Origin: Clostridia bacterium | GTDB lineage: Bacteria; Bacillota; Clostridia; Oscillospirales; CAG-272 | Length of the DNA: 64,000 nt | Direction of reading: 5' to 3' | Assembly: GCA_017466375.1 (NCBI GenBank) | Contig: JAFTUH010000037.1 | Coordinates: 2,782-66,781 of the forward strand | Shown: positions 36,518 to 46,338 of the stretch, piece by piece | How positions within the stretch are numbered: the first letter of the stretch is position 1 | Layout of the letters: every line of letters starts with the position of its first letter | Program-made: the position numbers and the translations under genes | Notes under the pieces: generated by a model | What the model saw: the letters and a program-made list of their open reading frames with translations, nothing else | What the model was told of the DNA's origin: nothing | Databases searched by the model: none

Positions 36518-38650
36518 ATGAAAAAGCTTTCACGCATTCTTGTGTCCGTCATTTCGCTTCTGATCCTCCTGACGACTGTCGTCGGTGCGGCTACTCCGTA
36601 TGCGACGTATACGTATTCCTCCTCGGAGTTCGTTCTGAATTCCCCCGCGGCATACGTTCCGGACAGAATCGTTGATTCCAACTATATCGGTCTGTCCACA
36701 CCCCTCGGCGACCCCCGCGATTTGTTCGTGGCACCGGATCAGACGGTGTATATCGCCGATGCAACCAATAACCGTATCGTTTGCATGGACCGCTATTTCA
36801 AACTCCAGTTTGAGATCAGCAAGTTCAACAACGAGCAGGGCGTTCCGGATACCCTTTCCGAGCCGTCCGGCGTCTTCGTAAACGATAAGTACATCTACGT
36901 CTGCGACTCGAACAATAACCGTATCATCATGTTTACGCGCGACGGTGAGTTCCACAAGGTTATCCCCGCGCCGGTCAGTGCTCTGTTTGATGAGGGTGCT
37001 ATCTATAAGCCGGTCGCCTGCGCCGTTGACGAATACGGACGGCTGTTCATCGTCTCCTCCACGACTTATCAGGGTATTATCGTCATGAGTGAGGACGGCG
37101 GTTTCCACGGCTTTATCGGTGCAACGCAGGTTCAGATCTCCGCGCTCGAGATCCTCTGGAGAAACTTCCAGACGAAGGAGCAGAGAGAGTACTCCTCCAA
37201 GTACGTCTCCACGGAGTTCAACAATATCTCCATTGATAAGGATAACTTCATCTACGTAACGACCTCCTCGATCTCCGAATCTGCGCAGCAGGCAACGATC
37301 AAGTCCAAGGACGGCACCAACGCTCCCGTTAAGAAGCTCAACGCTTCCGGCGCGGACGTTATGAGACGTAACGGCTTCTTCGCTCCGCACGGTGAGGTTA
37401 AGGTTTCGCAGTCTACGCTCGATCCGATCACCGGTCCCTCCAAGATTGTGGATGCCGCAGTCGGTCCGGAGGGAACGTGGTCCATCATCGACGAGAAGCG
37501 TTCCAAGGTCTATACGTACGATAAGGACGGCAGCCTGCTCTTCATCTTCGGTGACGGCGGCGTTCAGTTCGGTAATATCGACAGCGTAAAGGCAATCGCT
37601 TATCAGGGATCGAATATCCTGCTCCTCGATAAGGGTATGGATAAGAAGAGCATCACGGTCTACCGCCGCACGGAATACGGCGATCTCCTGCTCGGAGCTC
37701 TTGAGCATCAGAACAACCGTATCTACGACGTCGCAATCGATGACTGGACGGCCATTCTGAAGCATAACAACAACTACGATGCCGCTTATATCGGTATCGG
37801 TAAGGCACTCTACCGCGGCGGTCAGTACGAGGAAGCTATGGAGTACTACCGCTACGCATACGAGACGGAGAACTACTCCCTCGCATATCAGGAAATCCGT
37901 AAGGAATTCCTCGCGAAGTGGATCGTTCCCGTGATTCTCGGCATCGTTGCCATCTTCGTTCTAATCGGTAAATTCTTCGGATATGCCGCTAAGATCAATA
38001 AGAAGGCACAGCTGAAGGTCGGACGCAAATCCCTTAAGGAGGAGATGCTGTATCCGTTCCACCTGATCTTCCATCCGTTCGACGGATTCTGGGATTTGAA
38101 GCACGAAAAGCGCGGCTCCGTCCGCAGTGCATTCCTGATTCTCGTGATCACGATCGCATCGTTTGCTTATCAGGCAGTCGGTACCGGTTATATCTTCAAC
38201 CCGAAGGATAACGGCGGTCTCAGCATCATTATGACTGCGGTTTCTATCCTCATGCCGCTGTTCCTCTGGTGTATCGCAAACTGGTGTCTCACCACGCTGT
38301 TTGAGGGTGAAGGCAGCTTTAAGGATATCTTCGTGGCGTCCTGCTACGCTCTGACTCCTCTGCCGCTTTTGACCATTCCGGCTGTTCTCCTCTCGAACGT
38401 TCTTACGTTCAATGAGGGTCAGATTATCACGCTTCTCTCGGCAATCTCGTTTGTCTGGATGGGCGCGCTCATCTTCGTCGGTATGATGGTCACGCACGAC
38501 TACTCCATGTTCAAGAGCATCCTCACGAGCATCGGTACGATCGTCGGTGCGGTCTTCATCATGTTCCTTGCCGTCCTCTTTACGAGCCTTCTCGCAAAGA
38601 TGGTCAGCTTCGTATCCAGCATTATTGTGGAAATCAACTACCGAATGTAA
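36518..38650 (+). CDS. Signal peptide + NHL-repeat beta-propeller + TPR-like segment + C-terminal Yip1-type 5-TM domain protein
   Basis: NHL-like repeats (P.GVFVNDKYIYVCDSNNNRIIMF, VYIADATNNRIVCM). A TPR-like helix pair follows (GKALYRGGQYEEAMEYYRYAY). The C-terminal polytopic domain resembles the Yip1 family. The ATG at 36518 sits 8 nt after AAGGAGG. Confidence 0.65.
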   Translation: MKKLSRILVSVISLLILLTTVVGAATPYATYTYSSSEFVLNSPAAYVPDRIVDSNYIGLSTPLGDPRDLFVAPDQTVYIADATNNRIVCMDRYFKLQFEISKFNNEQGVPDTLSEPSGVFVNDKYIYVCDSNNNRIIMFTRDGEFHKVIPAPVSALFDEGAIYKPVACAVDEYGRLFIVSSTTYQGIIVMSEDGGFHGFIGATQVQISALEILWRNFQTKEQREYSSKYVSTEFNNISIDKDNFIYVTTSSISESAQQATIKSKDGTNAPVKKLNASGADVMRRNGFFAPHGEVKVSQSTLDPITGPSKIVDAAVGPEGTWSIIDEKRSKVYTYDKDGSLLFIFGDGGVQFGNIDSVKAIAYQGSNILLLDKGMDKKSITVYRRTEYGDLLLGALEHQNNRIYDVAIDDWTAILKHNNNYDAAYIGIGKALYRGGQYEEAMEYYRYAYETENYSLAYQEIRKEFLAKWIVPVILGIVAIFVLIGKFFGYAAKINKKAQLKVGRKSLKEEMLYPFHLIFHPFDGFWDLKHEKRGSVRSAFLILVITIASFAYQAVGTGYIFNPKDNGGLSIIMTAVSILMPLFLWCIANWCLTTLFEGEGSFKDIFVASCYALTPLPLLTIPAVLLSNVLTFNEGQIITLLSAISFVWMGALIFVGMMVTHDYSMFKSILTSIGTIVGAVFIMFLAVLFTSLLAKMVSFVSSIIVEINYRM

Positions 38651-38668
38651 ATAGGGAAAGGAGAATAT

Positions 38669-41600
38669 ATGAATATGAAAAGAATAGTATGTGCCCTTCT
38701 GTCCCTGCTTATGGCATTCGGTGTGTTTGTTCCGTCCGCAATCGAGCCTGTTTCCGCCGCTTGGGAGGATAAGGTCGATGAAGACGGCAATCCGATCATT
38801 GACTACTTCAATGCGGAGTACGATTCGCCGAAGGAAAAACTGGCGGACATGGTCCTCGTTAAGGAACAGAGCGGACATCAGATCTGGTTTGAGGAGTTCA
38901 CCGGTGAGATCGCATACGTCGATCTTGCCAGCGGACAGATTCTGTTCTCAAACCCGTGGGATGTCGCCCAGACTTATAACAAGGCATCCAAAAACACGAA
39001 GCCCGAGCTTCTGTCTCAGATTCTGATTTCTTACGTCGATAACGGTCAGACCAAGTACATGAACAGCTATAACGATGCTGCTCTGCGCGGTCAGATCCAG
39101 ATGAAGAATATCAAAAACGGTATTCGTGTAGAGTATACGATCGGTGAGGAGCAGACGATCCGTCTCGTTCCCCGTATGATCGAAAGATCCCGCTTTGAGG
39201 AGCTGATCCGCGATCAGATCACCGATGAGTGGATCCGTAATAAGGTTACCTCGTACTTCTCTGCAAAGTTCTCCTCTACTGAGAATATCAGTAAGCGTGC
39301 GCTTCTGGAGATGCAGCTGAAGTACCCGATCACCAAGGAGATCGATATCTACGTTTGTAAGCAGGATATCTCCGCGCGTGAGCTGAAGCAGCTCGAGGGC
39401 TACATCAAGACCTATTGTACCACCTACACGTACGAGGATCTCGATGCAGACCACGCGCAGTGCGGCTACGTCGGCTCCGATGCAGCTCCGCCGCTGTTCA
39501 AGATGGCAATCGAGTATACCATCACCGCTGACGGTGACCTGCAGGCAAGCCTTCCCGCAAACGGTATCCGTTTCGACGAGTCTGTTTACAAGCTCGGCGA
39601 TATCACGCTCCTGCCGTACATGGGCGCAGGTGCAAATGAGTACAACGGCTATACGTTCGTTCCGGACGGAAGCGGTGCTCTCGTCCGCTATGAGGACGTT
39701 AAGGGTCTGGTGTACAACATCTACGGCCAGCTCTACGGCGTCGACTACGCATACCACACGATCTCCAACCAGCATACGGAGGTCATGCGCTGGCCGGTAT
39801 TCGGCAACGTCACGAACATGGAATTCCCGTATACCGGTAAGGTTACGGTTGTCGTCAAAGATGAGTATATCGACGAGAACGGCAACGTGGTTCCCGCTGT
39901 GACGAAGGAAGTCACCCAGCGTATGGTCCGTGTCGAGGATATGGGCGTGTTCGGTATCATTACCCAGGGCGAATCCCTGGCAACGCTTGTCAGCGCACAC
40001 GGCGGTGCGCTCCATGCATTCAATACGGTGCATGCAAAGTTCACCCCCCGTCCGAGCGATAAGTACAACCTCTCTGAATCCATGAGCACGGCAGAGGCAA
40101 ACGCTACGTGGACCGTTGAGTCCGACCGTAAGTATACGGGACGTATCACGGTTCTCTATAAGATGCTCACCGATGCTCAGGTTGCTGAGCAGAAGAAGCT
40201 GACGGATTACTATTCCGCCGACTATATGGGCATGGTCAATGCGTACCGCGATTACCTCTACGGCAACGGCACGCTTACCACGCTTGCCGATACGACGGAC
40301 GATATTCCGCTGTATCTCGAAGTGTTCGGTTCCATGGAGACGACGGAGCGCCGCTTCTCCTTCCCGGTAACGGTAGATACGCCTCTGACGACGTTCGAGG
40401 ACATCAAGACGATGCACAAGGAACTCACCGAGTCCGGTGTCGGCAGACTGAATTTCCGTCTTATCGGATTTGCGAACGGCGGTATGAACGCTACGGTTCC
40501 GTATAAACTGAACTGGGTTGACGTTCTCGGCGGTGCCGACGGCTTTGCCGATATCGTCAAATACGCTTCTGAGAACGGCATCGGCCTCTATCCCGATTTC
40601 GATTTCGCATACGTTACGAGAACGGAACTCGGCGACGGTATGAGCCTTAGAAAGTATGCGGTTAAGACGATCGACGACCGTTATACCTCCAGAAGAACGT
40701 ACGACGCCGCTACGCAGACGTTTACGAGCAACTTCTCGCTCTGTATCTCCCCGTCCGCGTATGAGCATTTCTACAACAAGTTCACCAAGAACTATCAGAA
40801 GTACAATCCTGTGGGCATTTCCGTATCCACGCTCGGTACGGAGCTCAACTCCGACTTTGATGAGGATGAGCCGTACAACCGCGAGGACTCCAAGAACTTC
40901 ACGGTGGAGATCCTCGAGCGTATCGATAAGGAATACGCAAGCGTGATGGCGGACGGCGGTAACGCATACACTCTGCCGTACGTCGATCATATCATGAATA
41001 TGTCCATGGACAGTTCGAACTACCTCAAGGCAAGCCAGGCTATTCCGTTTATGGGAATGGTGCTGCACGGTGCCAAGTACTTCGCCGGTACGCCGATCAA
41101 TATGGAGGGCGACGTTGACTCCGCTATCCTCAAAGCGATCGAGAACGGTGCCGGACTCTACTTCACACTCTCTTATCAGAACACCAACAAGCTGAAGGAA
41201 AGCAAGGAGCTCAGCCAGTATTACTCCGTTTCTTACGAAATCTGGAAAGAGGAACTGATCGAGCACTACAACACGCTGAATGAGGCAATTGGTGATCTGC
41301 AGACCTCTCTGATTATCGATCACGAGTTCATCTACGGTGAGCGTATCCCGGATGCAGATGAGCTGGCAGCCGATGAAGAGGCGGCAAGACTCGAGGCGGA
41401 GGCTAAGGCTGAGGCTGAGGCGATCGCCAAAGAGAAGGAAGAGCGTGCGCAGAAGTATGAAGAGATGCACGCAGCTCTTGCCGACGGTGACGACACCGCA
41501 GAGGATGATAAGACACCCGCATCCAAGGATACTGCGACGGAAGATGAAACAGAAGACGCAGCTGAAGAAGAAGCAGAGGCAGAGGCACCGACTCTTCTCG

Positions 41601-41767
41601 GTGACTATGAGGCAACCAAGTATACGACGACGCTCGGTTCGATCGTTGCCGTTACGTATGATGCCGGCGTTACCTTCCTTCTCAACTATAACTCCTTTGA
41701 TGTAACGGTTCAGTACAACGGTCAGACTTATACACTTGCCGCACTCGGATTTGTGCGGATCGACTGA
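38669..41767 (+). CDS. Large secreted protein, DUF5696-like (1032 aa) with acidic C-terminal low-complexity segment
   Basis: Signal peptide (LLSLLMAFGVFVPSAIEPVSA) and an E/A/K/D-rich tract (EEAARLEAEAKAEAEAIAKEKEE..TEDETEDAAEEEAEAEA). The DUF5696 call comes from recalled co-occurrence with Yip1 and ABC genes, and has not been verified. Confidence 0.55.
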   Translation: MNMKRIVCALLSLLMAFGVFVPSAIEPVSAAWEDKVDEDGNPIIDYFNAEYDSPKEKLADMVLVKEQSGHQIWFEEFTGEIAYVDLASGQILFSNPWDVAQTYNKASKNTKPELLSQILISYVDNGQTKYMNSYNDAALRGQIQMKNIKNGIRVEYTIGEEQTIRLVPRMIERSRFEELIRDQITDEWIRNKVTSYFSAKFSSTENISKRALLEMQLKYPITKEIDIYVCKQDISARELKQLEGYIKTYCTTYTYEDLDADHAQCGYVGSDAAPPLFKMAIEYTITADGDLQASLPANGIRFDESVYKLGDITLLPYMGAGANEYNGYTFVPDGSGALVRYEDVKGLVYNIYGQLYGVDYAYHTISNQHTEVMRWPVFGNVTNMEFPYTGKVTVVVKDEYIDENGNVVPAVTKEVTQRMVRVEDMGVFGIITQGESLATLVSAHGGALHAFNTVHAKFTPRPSDKYNLSESMSTAEANATWTVESDRKYTGRITVLYKMLTDAQVAEQKKLTDYYSADYMGMVNAYRDYLYGNGTLTTLADTTDDIPLYLEVFGSMETTERRFSFPVTVDTPLTTFEDIKTMHKELTESGVGRLNFRLIGFANGGMNATVPYKLNWVDVLGGADGFADIVKYASENGIGLYPDFDFAYVTRTELGDGMSLRKYAVKTIDDRYTSRRTYDAATQTFTSNFSLCISPSAYEHFYNKFTKNYQKYNPVGISVSTLGTELNSDFDEDEPYNREDSKNFTVEILERIDKEYASVMADGGNAYTLPYVDHIMNMSMDSSNYLKASQAIPFMGMVLHGAKYFAGTPINMEGDVDSAILKAIENGAGLYFTLSYQNTNKLKESKELSQYYSVSYEIWKEELIEHYNTLNEAIGDLQTSLIIDHEFIYGERIPDADELAADEEAARLEAEAKAEAEAIAKEKEERAQKYEEMHAALADGDDTAEDDKTPASKDTATEDETEDAAEEEAEAEAPTLLGDYEATKYTTTLGSIVAVTYDAGVTFLLNYNSFDVTVQYNGQTYTLAALGFVRID

Positions 41768-41784
41768 GAAAGGGGAGTGCAGAC

Positions 41785-42765
41785 ATGAGTACAAAAGTGA
41801 AAAACAGCGATCTTCTCGGCGCATCTGCCAAGAAGAAGAAACGCAGTGCCTCCCTTGACGTGCGTAAAGCACGCGCAGGATGGTGGTTCGTCCTTCCGTT
41901 CGTGATCGGCTTTATCATTCTCTACCTGCCGATCATCTTCGACTCCATTAAGTACAGCTTCCATGAAATCCGAATCATCCGAGGCGGCGGTTACCGCCTC
42001 GAGTGGGTCGGCTGGAACAACTATTACAACGCACTCTTTAAGGATCCCGGTTTCGTACAGACGCTTGTCAGCGGTCTGAAACAGCTGGTGCTTGACGTTC
42101 CTGCTATCGTTATCTTCTCGCTGTTCGTTGCCATTCTTCTGAACGGCAAGATCGCAGGACGTGCGGCGTTCCGTGCCATCTTCTTCATTCCCGTTCTTCT
42201 GACGACCGGTCTCGCCGCTGAGATTGACCAGCAGAACATTCTGCAGCAGTATCAGTCGGCGGGCGGTATGGATGACGGTAGCGGTAACAGCTCCGTTACG
42301 GAGATCGTCTCTGTTATGGACGTACAGTCGCTGTTCTCTAACATGATGGTCGGTAAAGAGCTCGTGCAGTATGTCGTTGATCTTGTCAACAACATCTTCA
42401 ACATCATCAACCGTTCCGGTGTACAGATGCTGATCTTCCTTTCGGGACTTCAGTCTATCTCTCCGGCAATCTACGAGTCCTGCTCCATCGACGGTGCATC
42501 CGGTTGGGAGACCTTCTGGAAGATCACGCTGCCGATGGTCAGCCCGATGATCCTCGTAAACGCAATCTACACGATCATCGACTCGTTCACGTCGTCGAGC
42601 AATAAAGTCATGGAGTACATTAATAACGTATATCAGGGAGCGACCGGTGACGGTAAGGTGCTCTCCTCGGCCATGTCGTGGATGTACTTCCTCATCGTTA
42701 TCGCAGCGATCGGTCTGGTAGCCGCACTGCTCAGCGCATTCGTCTTCTACCAGAGAAGAGATTAA
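41785..42765 (+). CDS. Carbohydrate ABC transporter permease (MalF-like), pair 2
   Basis: EAA loop SGLQSISPAIYESCSIDGASGWETFWKITLP in a polytopic protein. Confidence 0.85.
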   Translation: MSTKVKNSDLLGASAKKKKRSASLDVRKARAGWWFVLPFVIGFIILYLPIIFDSIKYSFHEIRIIRGGGYRLEWVGWNNYYNALFKDPGFVQTLVSGLKQLVLDVPAIVIFSLFVAILLNGKIAGRAAFRAIFFIPVLLTTGLAAEIDQQNILQQYQSAGGMDDGSGNSSVTEIVSVMDVQSLFSNMMVGKELVQYVVDLVNNIFNIINRSGVQMLIFLSGLQSISPAIYESCSIDGASGWETFWKITLPMVSPMILVNAIYTIIDSFTSSSNKVMEYINNVYQGATGDGKVLSSAMSWMYFLIVIAAIGLVAALLSAFVFYQRRD

Positions 42766-42781
42766 GAAAGGAGGCCGCTTT

Positions 42782-43834
42782 ATGAATAACGTAGAAACTG
42801 CACCGAAAGTTAAAAAAGAAACCAAAAATAAAATCCGCGTTGAATTTGAGCGTACCCCCCTTCTTGAGAGACTGAAGGCGAAGTTTGTAAACCTCTACTT
42901 CTTCCAGAAGGTGGCGGTTTATATCTTCAAATTCCTCTTCCTTCTCGGTATCTCGTTCGTTATCCTGTTCCCGTTCTACTCGAAGATCTCCTCCTCCTTC
43001 ATGAGTCCGGAGGACTTCGTGGACGTCACGGTCGTTATGATCCCGCGTCATGCGACGCTTTCGACGTACAGAGCGATTATCGTGGACAACAACTATTGGG
43101 GCGCCTTTACCAATACGCTCCTGCTCTCCCTTGCCTGCGCTATTCTTCAGACGTTCATCTGCTGTCTGATCGCGTATGGCTTTGCGAAGTTTAAGTTCAA
43201 ATTTAATGGCTTGCTTTTCATGCTCGTCATCTTTACGATGGTCGTGCCGCACTCGACTCTGCAGCTCTCCATGTACATGAAGTTCAGATATTTCGATATA
43301 TTCGGAATCTTCAACCTACTCGGAGGCGGTGTGACAGAGGCGATCAAGGTACTGAAAGAGCCGAACCTCAATCTGCTGAATACGTTCTGGCCGCTGATCC
43401 TGCTTTCGATAACCGGTCTCGGCTTCAAGAACGGTCTGTACATCTTCATGCTCCGCCAGTACTTCAAGGGTGTGCCGGATGAGCTTGAGGAGTCCGCATA
43501 CCTCGACGGATACGGCGTATTCAAGACCTTTATGCTGATCATTCTGCCGCTGTCCGTTCCGATGCTGGTCACCGTCTTTATGTTCTCGTTCTCCTGGCAG
43601 TGGACGGATACGTTCTATACCAGAGCGTTCTTCTCCCAGAGCGGTCCGACGCTTATGCCGAGCATCGTCAAGGTGCCGCGTTCGCTGGACACCTCCTATG
43701 CAGGTGAGAACATGTACGTTGCAGCGATCCGCAATACGTGCGGTATCCTGATTCTCCTGCCGCTGGTGATTCTCTACACCTTCCTGCAGAGATACATCAT
43801 CCAGGGTATCGAGCGTTCCGGTATCACCGGTTAA
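42782..43834 (+). CDS. Carbohydrate ABC transporter permease (MalG-like), pair 2
   Basis: EAA loop (ESAYLDGYGVFKTFMLIILPLSVP), with a long N-terminal extension. Confidence 0.85.
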   Translation: MNNVETAPKVKKETKNKIRVEFERTPLLERLKAKFVNLYFFQKVAVYIFKFLFLLGISFVILFPFYSKISSSFMSPEDFVDVTVVMIPRHATLSTYRAIIVDNNYWGAFTNTLLLSLACAILQTFICCLIAYGFAKFKFKFNGLLFMLVIFTMVVPHSTLQLSMYMKFRYFDIFGIFNLLGGGVTEAIKVLKEPNLNLLNTFWPLILLSITGLGFKNGLYIFMLRQYFKGVPDELEESAYLDGYGVFKTFMLIILPLSVPMLVTVFMFSFSWQWTDTFYTRAFFSQSGPTLMPSIVKVPRSLDTSYAGENMYVAAIRNTCGILILLPLVILYTFLQRYIIQGIERSGITG

Positions 43835-43841
43835 TTCCAAT

Positions 43842-43874
43842 AAAAAAGCACCGTTTTATGCGGTGCTTTTTTTG
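43842..43874 (+). terminator. Rho-independent terminator ending the 12.4 kb operon
   Basis: AAAAAGCACCG-TTTTAT-GCGGTGCTTTTTTT. Confidence 0.8.
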
Positions 43875-43965
43875 ATGCATTTTCTGTGTATCTGTGATAT
43901 AATTATAACGGATGCGAAAAAAACACGCATCTGATTCGTCATAGTAGGTGAAAGGGGGTGGAGAG

Positions 43966-44469
43966 ATGGACGTTACGGAACTGAATGTGTGTATGGAACG
44001 GTTGCGTGCAGGTGATAGGGAAGCGTTTTCCTGCCTGTATGACGAGTTGAGCCGTCCCGTCTATACGGTTGCACGGCGTATTGTGCAGTCGCGTGAGATC
44101 GCGGAGGATATCACGCAGGAGGTGTTTGTCAGGCTGTACGTCTCACCGCCTCCGCCTTCGATCGAGAATCCGCGTGCGTGGATCTTTCGGATGGCGCGCA
44201 ATCTGGCGATCGACGCATGGCGGAAAAAACAAAGCACGGATATCGACGACGTGCAGTTGGCAGAGGCGGACGTCGCGGATGCTGTCGCTCTTCGGCTCGA
44301 TACGGAGGCGGCAATCGGGCATTTGCCGGCGATGGAAAGACAGATTCTGTCGCTGCATCTCGACGGCGATATGCCGTTTCGCGAGATTGCTCCCATCGTG
44401 GGACTGTCCCTGCCCGCTGTGTACCGACGGTACCGCAAAGCGATCAAAACTCTACAGAATTTGCTATAA
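43966..44469 (+). CDS. ECF-type RNA polymerase sigma factor (#2)
   Basis: Region 2 (EIAEDITQEVFVRLY, RNLAIDAWRK) and region 4 (MPFREIAPIVGLSLPAVYRRYRKAIKTL). The ATG lies behind AGGGGGTGGAG. Confidence 0.8.
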   Translation: MDVTELNVCMERLRAGDREAFSCLYDELSRPVYTVARRIVQSREIAEDITQEVFVRLYVSPPPPSIENPRAWIFRMARNLAIDAWRKKQSTDIDDVQLAEADVADAVALRLDTEAAIGHLPAMERQILSLHLDGDMPFREIAPIVGLSLPAVYRRYRKAIKTLQNLL

Positions 44470-44480
44470 CGGAGGAGCGT

Positions 44481-45254
44481 ATGAGAAAACGGATTATGGC
44501 TGTACTGCTGCTCGTGTGTTTCTGCATACCGTCGGTTTTTGCGACGGATGCAGTGTTCGACGGCGCATGGGATTTGTATCAGTATTGGGAGGAAAACGAC
44601 GCGTATCCCGACTACGTCAGCGGTGTCTGGTCGACGGACGGCGGAGTACGGAATCTGACGATCGGTGTGCTGGATACCGCGGAGGGAAACGCAGGCAAGG
44701 AAGAGATCCTCTCGCTTGTCAGGGATGATACTACCGTGGCGTTTGCGTACGGAAAGAAAAGTTATAATGAACTTACGGACGTGATGGATGCACTTATGCC
44801 GTATTTCGAGCGGGATCAGGGGCTCATTTCCGCAGGCGTAAACGTGATGGCGGGGGCGATCAACCTCGGTATCCATGAGGATCGGCAGGACGATCCCGCG
44901 ACGATTGCCATGATTGAGGAGATGCGGCAGACGTTCGGTGACGTGTTCGTCATCGAATACACGGGGCTTGTTTTTACCTATGCAGATACAGCAACGGTAG
45001 GCGGGACGGTTACGTATACCGATCCGCACGTGTTATTTGCAATCGCCGCGTCGGTGGTGATCCTTGCGGCTTTGACAACGGCGATCGTTCTGAAAAAGCG
45101 GCAGGTATCCGTTTTGCAGACGAGCACGGGTGAGACGGTCACTGCGGATGCACGCCTTACCAAAAGCGAGGTGGAGGAAGCCGTGAAAACTTCCGCAGAG
45201 GCACCGTCGGATGCGCTCAAACAGCGGATCTTTGACGAAATCGGAAAAGACTAA
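44481..45254 (+). CDS. Membrane protein co-transcribed with ECF sigma #2: signal peptide, ~190-aa external domain, one TM helix, ~55-aa cytoplasmic tail
   Basis: GGAGGAGCGT precedes the ATG at 44481. The track ORF from 44178 overlaps the sigma gene in another frame and was trimmed. TM helix is VLFAIAASVVILAALTTAIVL. Confidence 0.55.
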   Translation: MRKRIMAVLLLVCFCIPSVFATDAVFDGAWDLYQYWEENDAYPDYVSGVWSTDGGVRNLTIGVLDTAEGNAGKEEILSLVRDDTTVAFAYGKKSYNELTDVMDALMPYFERDQGLISAGVNVMAGAINLGIHEDRQDDPATIAMIEEMRQTFGDVFVIEYTGLVFTYADTATVGGTVTYTDPHVLFAIAASVVILAALTTAIVLKKRQVSVLQTSTGETVTADARLTKSEVEEAVKTSAEAPSDALKQRIFDEIGKD

Positions 45255-45258
45255 CGAA

Positions 45259-45290
45259 AAGGGAGAGCACGTCTCTCCCTTTTTATTTTG
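45259..45290. terminator. Bidirectional terminator
   Basis: AAAAGGGAGAG-CACGT-CTCTCCCTTTTTATTTT. Confidence 0.7.
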
Positions 45291-45344
45291 TCGGTACTGC
45301 TGTACAGGTGTGCCCGATCCACGGATCTTCGCCGTCCAAGCGGA

Positions 45345-46202
45345 TTACCGTTTTACGTTCCGGTACTCTCGCGGAGAGACACCCATGTGTTTTTTGAAAA
45401 TGCGCGAGAAATACTGCGGGGAGTCAAACTGCAGCCGTGCGGAGATTTCCGCGATGCTTCCCTCGCCGCACAGGATCGCCTGCCCGGCTGCCTCGATCCG
45501 TTTCACAAGATACCAGTGCATCACGCTGTCACCGTAGGCACGGCGGAACACCTCGCTCAATCGGCTCTTTCCGTAGTGGAATTTCTCACACAACAGCTTC
45601 ATATCCACCGCATCGTACAGGTGCTCCTCCAGATACGAGCGAACCTCAGCGGCGAGTTTGGAGTCCAGCTCCTCACGCGTCGTGTACAGCACGGTCTGGG
45701 ATTCTTTTTCCTGCTGACGGAGGATACCGATCAGCAGCTGCTCCAGATACAGCCCGAGCATCTGCTGCGCGCCCAGCGGTGCATCCTTCAGCGTGGTCAG
45801 CGGCATAAATATGTTTGCATAGCTCACGTTTCGTTCCTCAATGAGTTCTTCCATCAGCTTCCGCAGCTTCTCCGACAGATGAAGCATTTTCCCTTTAAGG
45901 GCGGTCATGGCAGGAGAGTTGCAATCAAAGGTGATGATGAAAGCGGAAAACGGATGCTCCCCGTCTCCTCCGAGCCCGTGCGGTACGTTCGGCGCATGGA
46001 AAACCACGTCTCCGGGCTGCATGAGACCTTGCCGGTCTTCCTCGTAAAACATCATATTGCCGCTTCGAACGTACACCATTTCCCAAAAATCGTGAGTTTC
46101 CAGTGACGGCGTAATGAAATCGCCGTTCGCTTCTCGGGTAAAACAGGTGATCAGATGTCTGACACGCAGAAGATCCTCCAGACGGACGAATATGTATTCC
46201 AT
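45345..46202 (-). CDS. AraC family transcriptional regulator (cupin + HTH)
   Basis: C-terminal AraC HTH (SIAEISARLQFDSPQYFSRIFKKHMGVSPREYR) and an N-terminal cupin-like sensor domain. Confidence 0.85.
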   Translation of the reverse strand: MEYIFVRLEDLLRVRHLITCFTREANGDFITPSLETHDFWEMVYVRSGNMMFYEEDRQGLMQPGDVVFHAPNVPHGLGGDGEHPFSAFIITFDCNSPAMTALKGKMLHLSEKLRKLMEELIEERNVSYANIFMPLTTLKDAPLGAQQMLGLYLEQLLIGILRQQEKESQTVLYTTREELDSKLAAEVRSYLEEHLYDAVDMKLLCEKFHYGKSRLSEVFRRAYGDSVMHWYLVKRIEAAGQAILCGEGSIAEISARLQFDSPQYFSRIFKKHMGVSPREYRNVKR

Positions 46203-46338
46203 ACAGAGTTCCTTTCCCGGATTAATCGGTCAAAAGTGTAATTACCACGCAAAAAAAGATATGTTAATTTGATTGGATTTATTGTATCATAATTATAGTA
46301 ATTTTGCAATACCCAAATCCATATTCAGGAGAGATATT

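Noticed and set aside
38948-41872. 974-aa minus-strand ORF opposite the DUF5696-like gene, and 36530-37765 opposite the NHL-Yip1 gene
   Set aside because: Shadow ORFs. The plus-strand genes have signal peptides, RBSs and operon-consistent spacing.
44178-44480. Upstream 101-codon extension of the 44481-45254 gene suggested by the ORF track
   Set aside because: The extension lies inside the ECF sigma gene in another frame. A GGAGGAGCGT RBS directly precedes the ATG at 44481, which begins a typical signal peptide.
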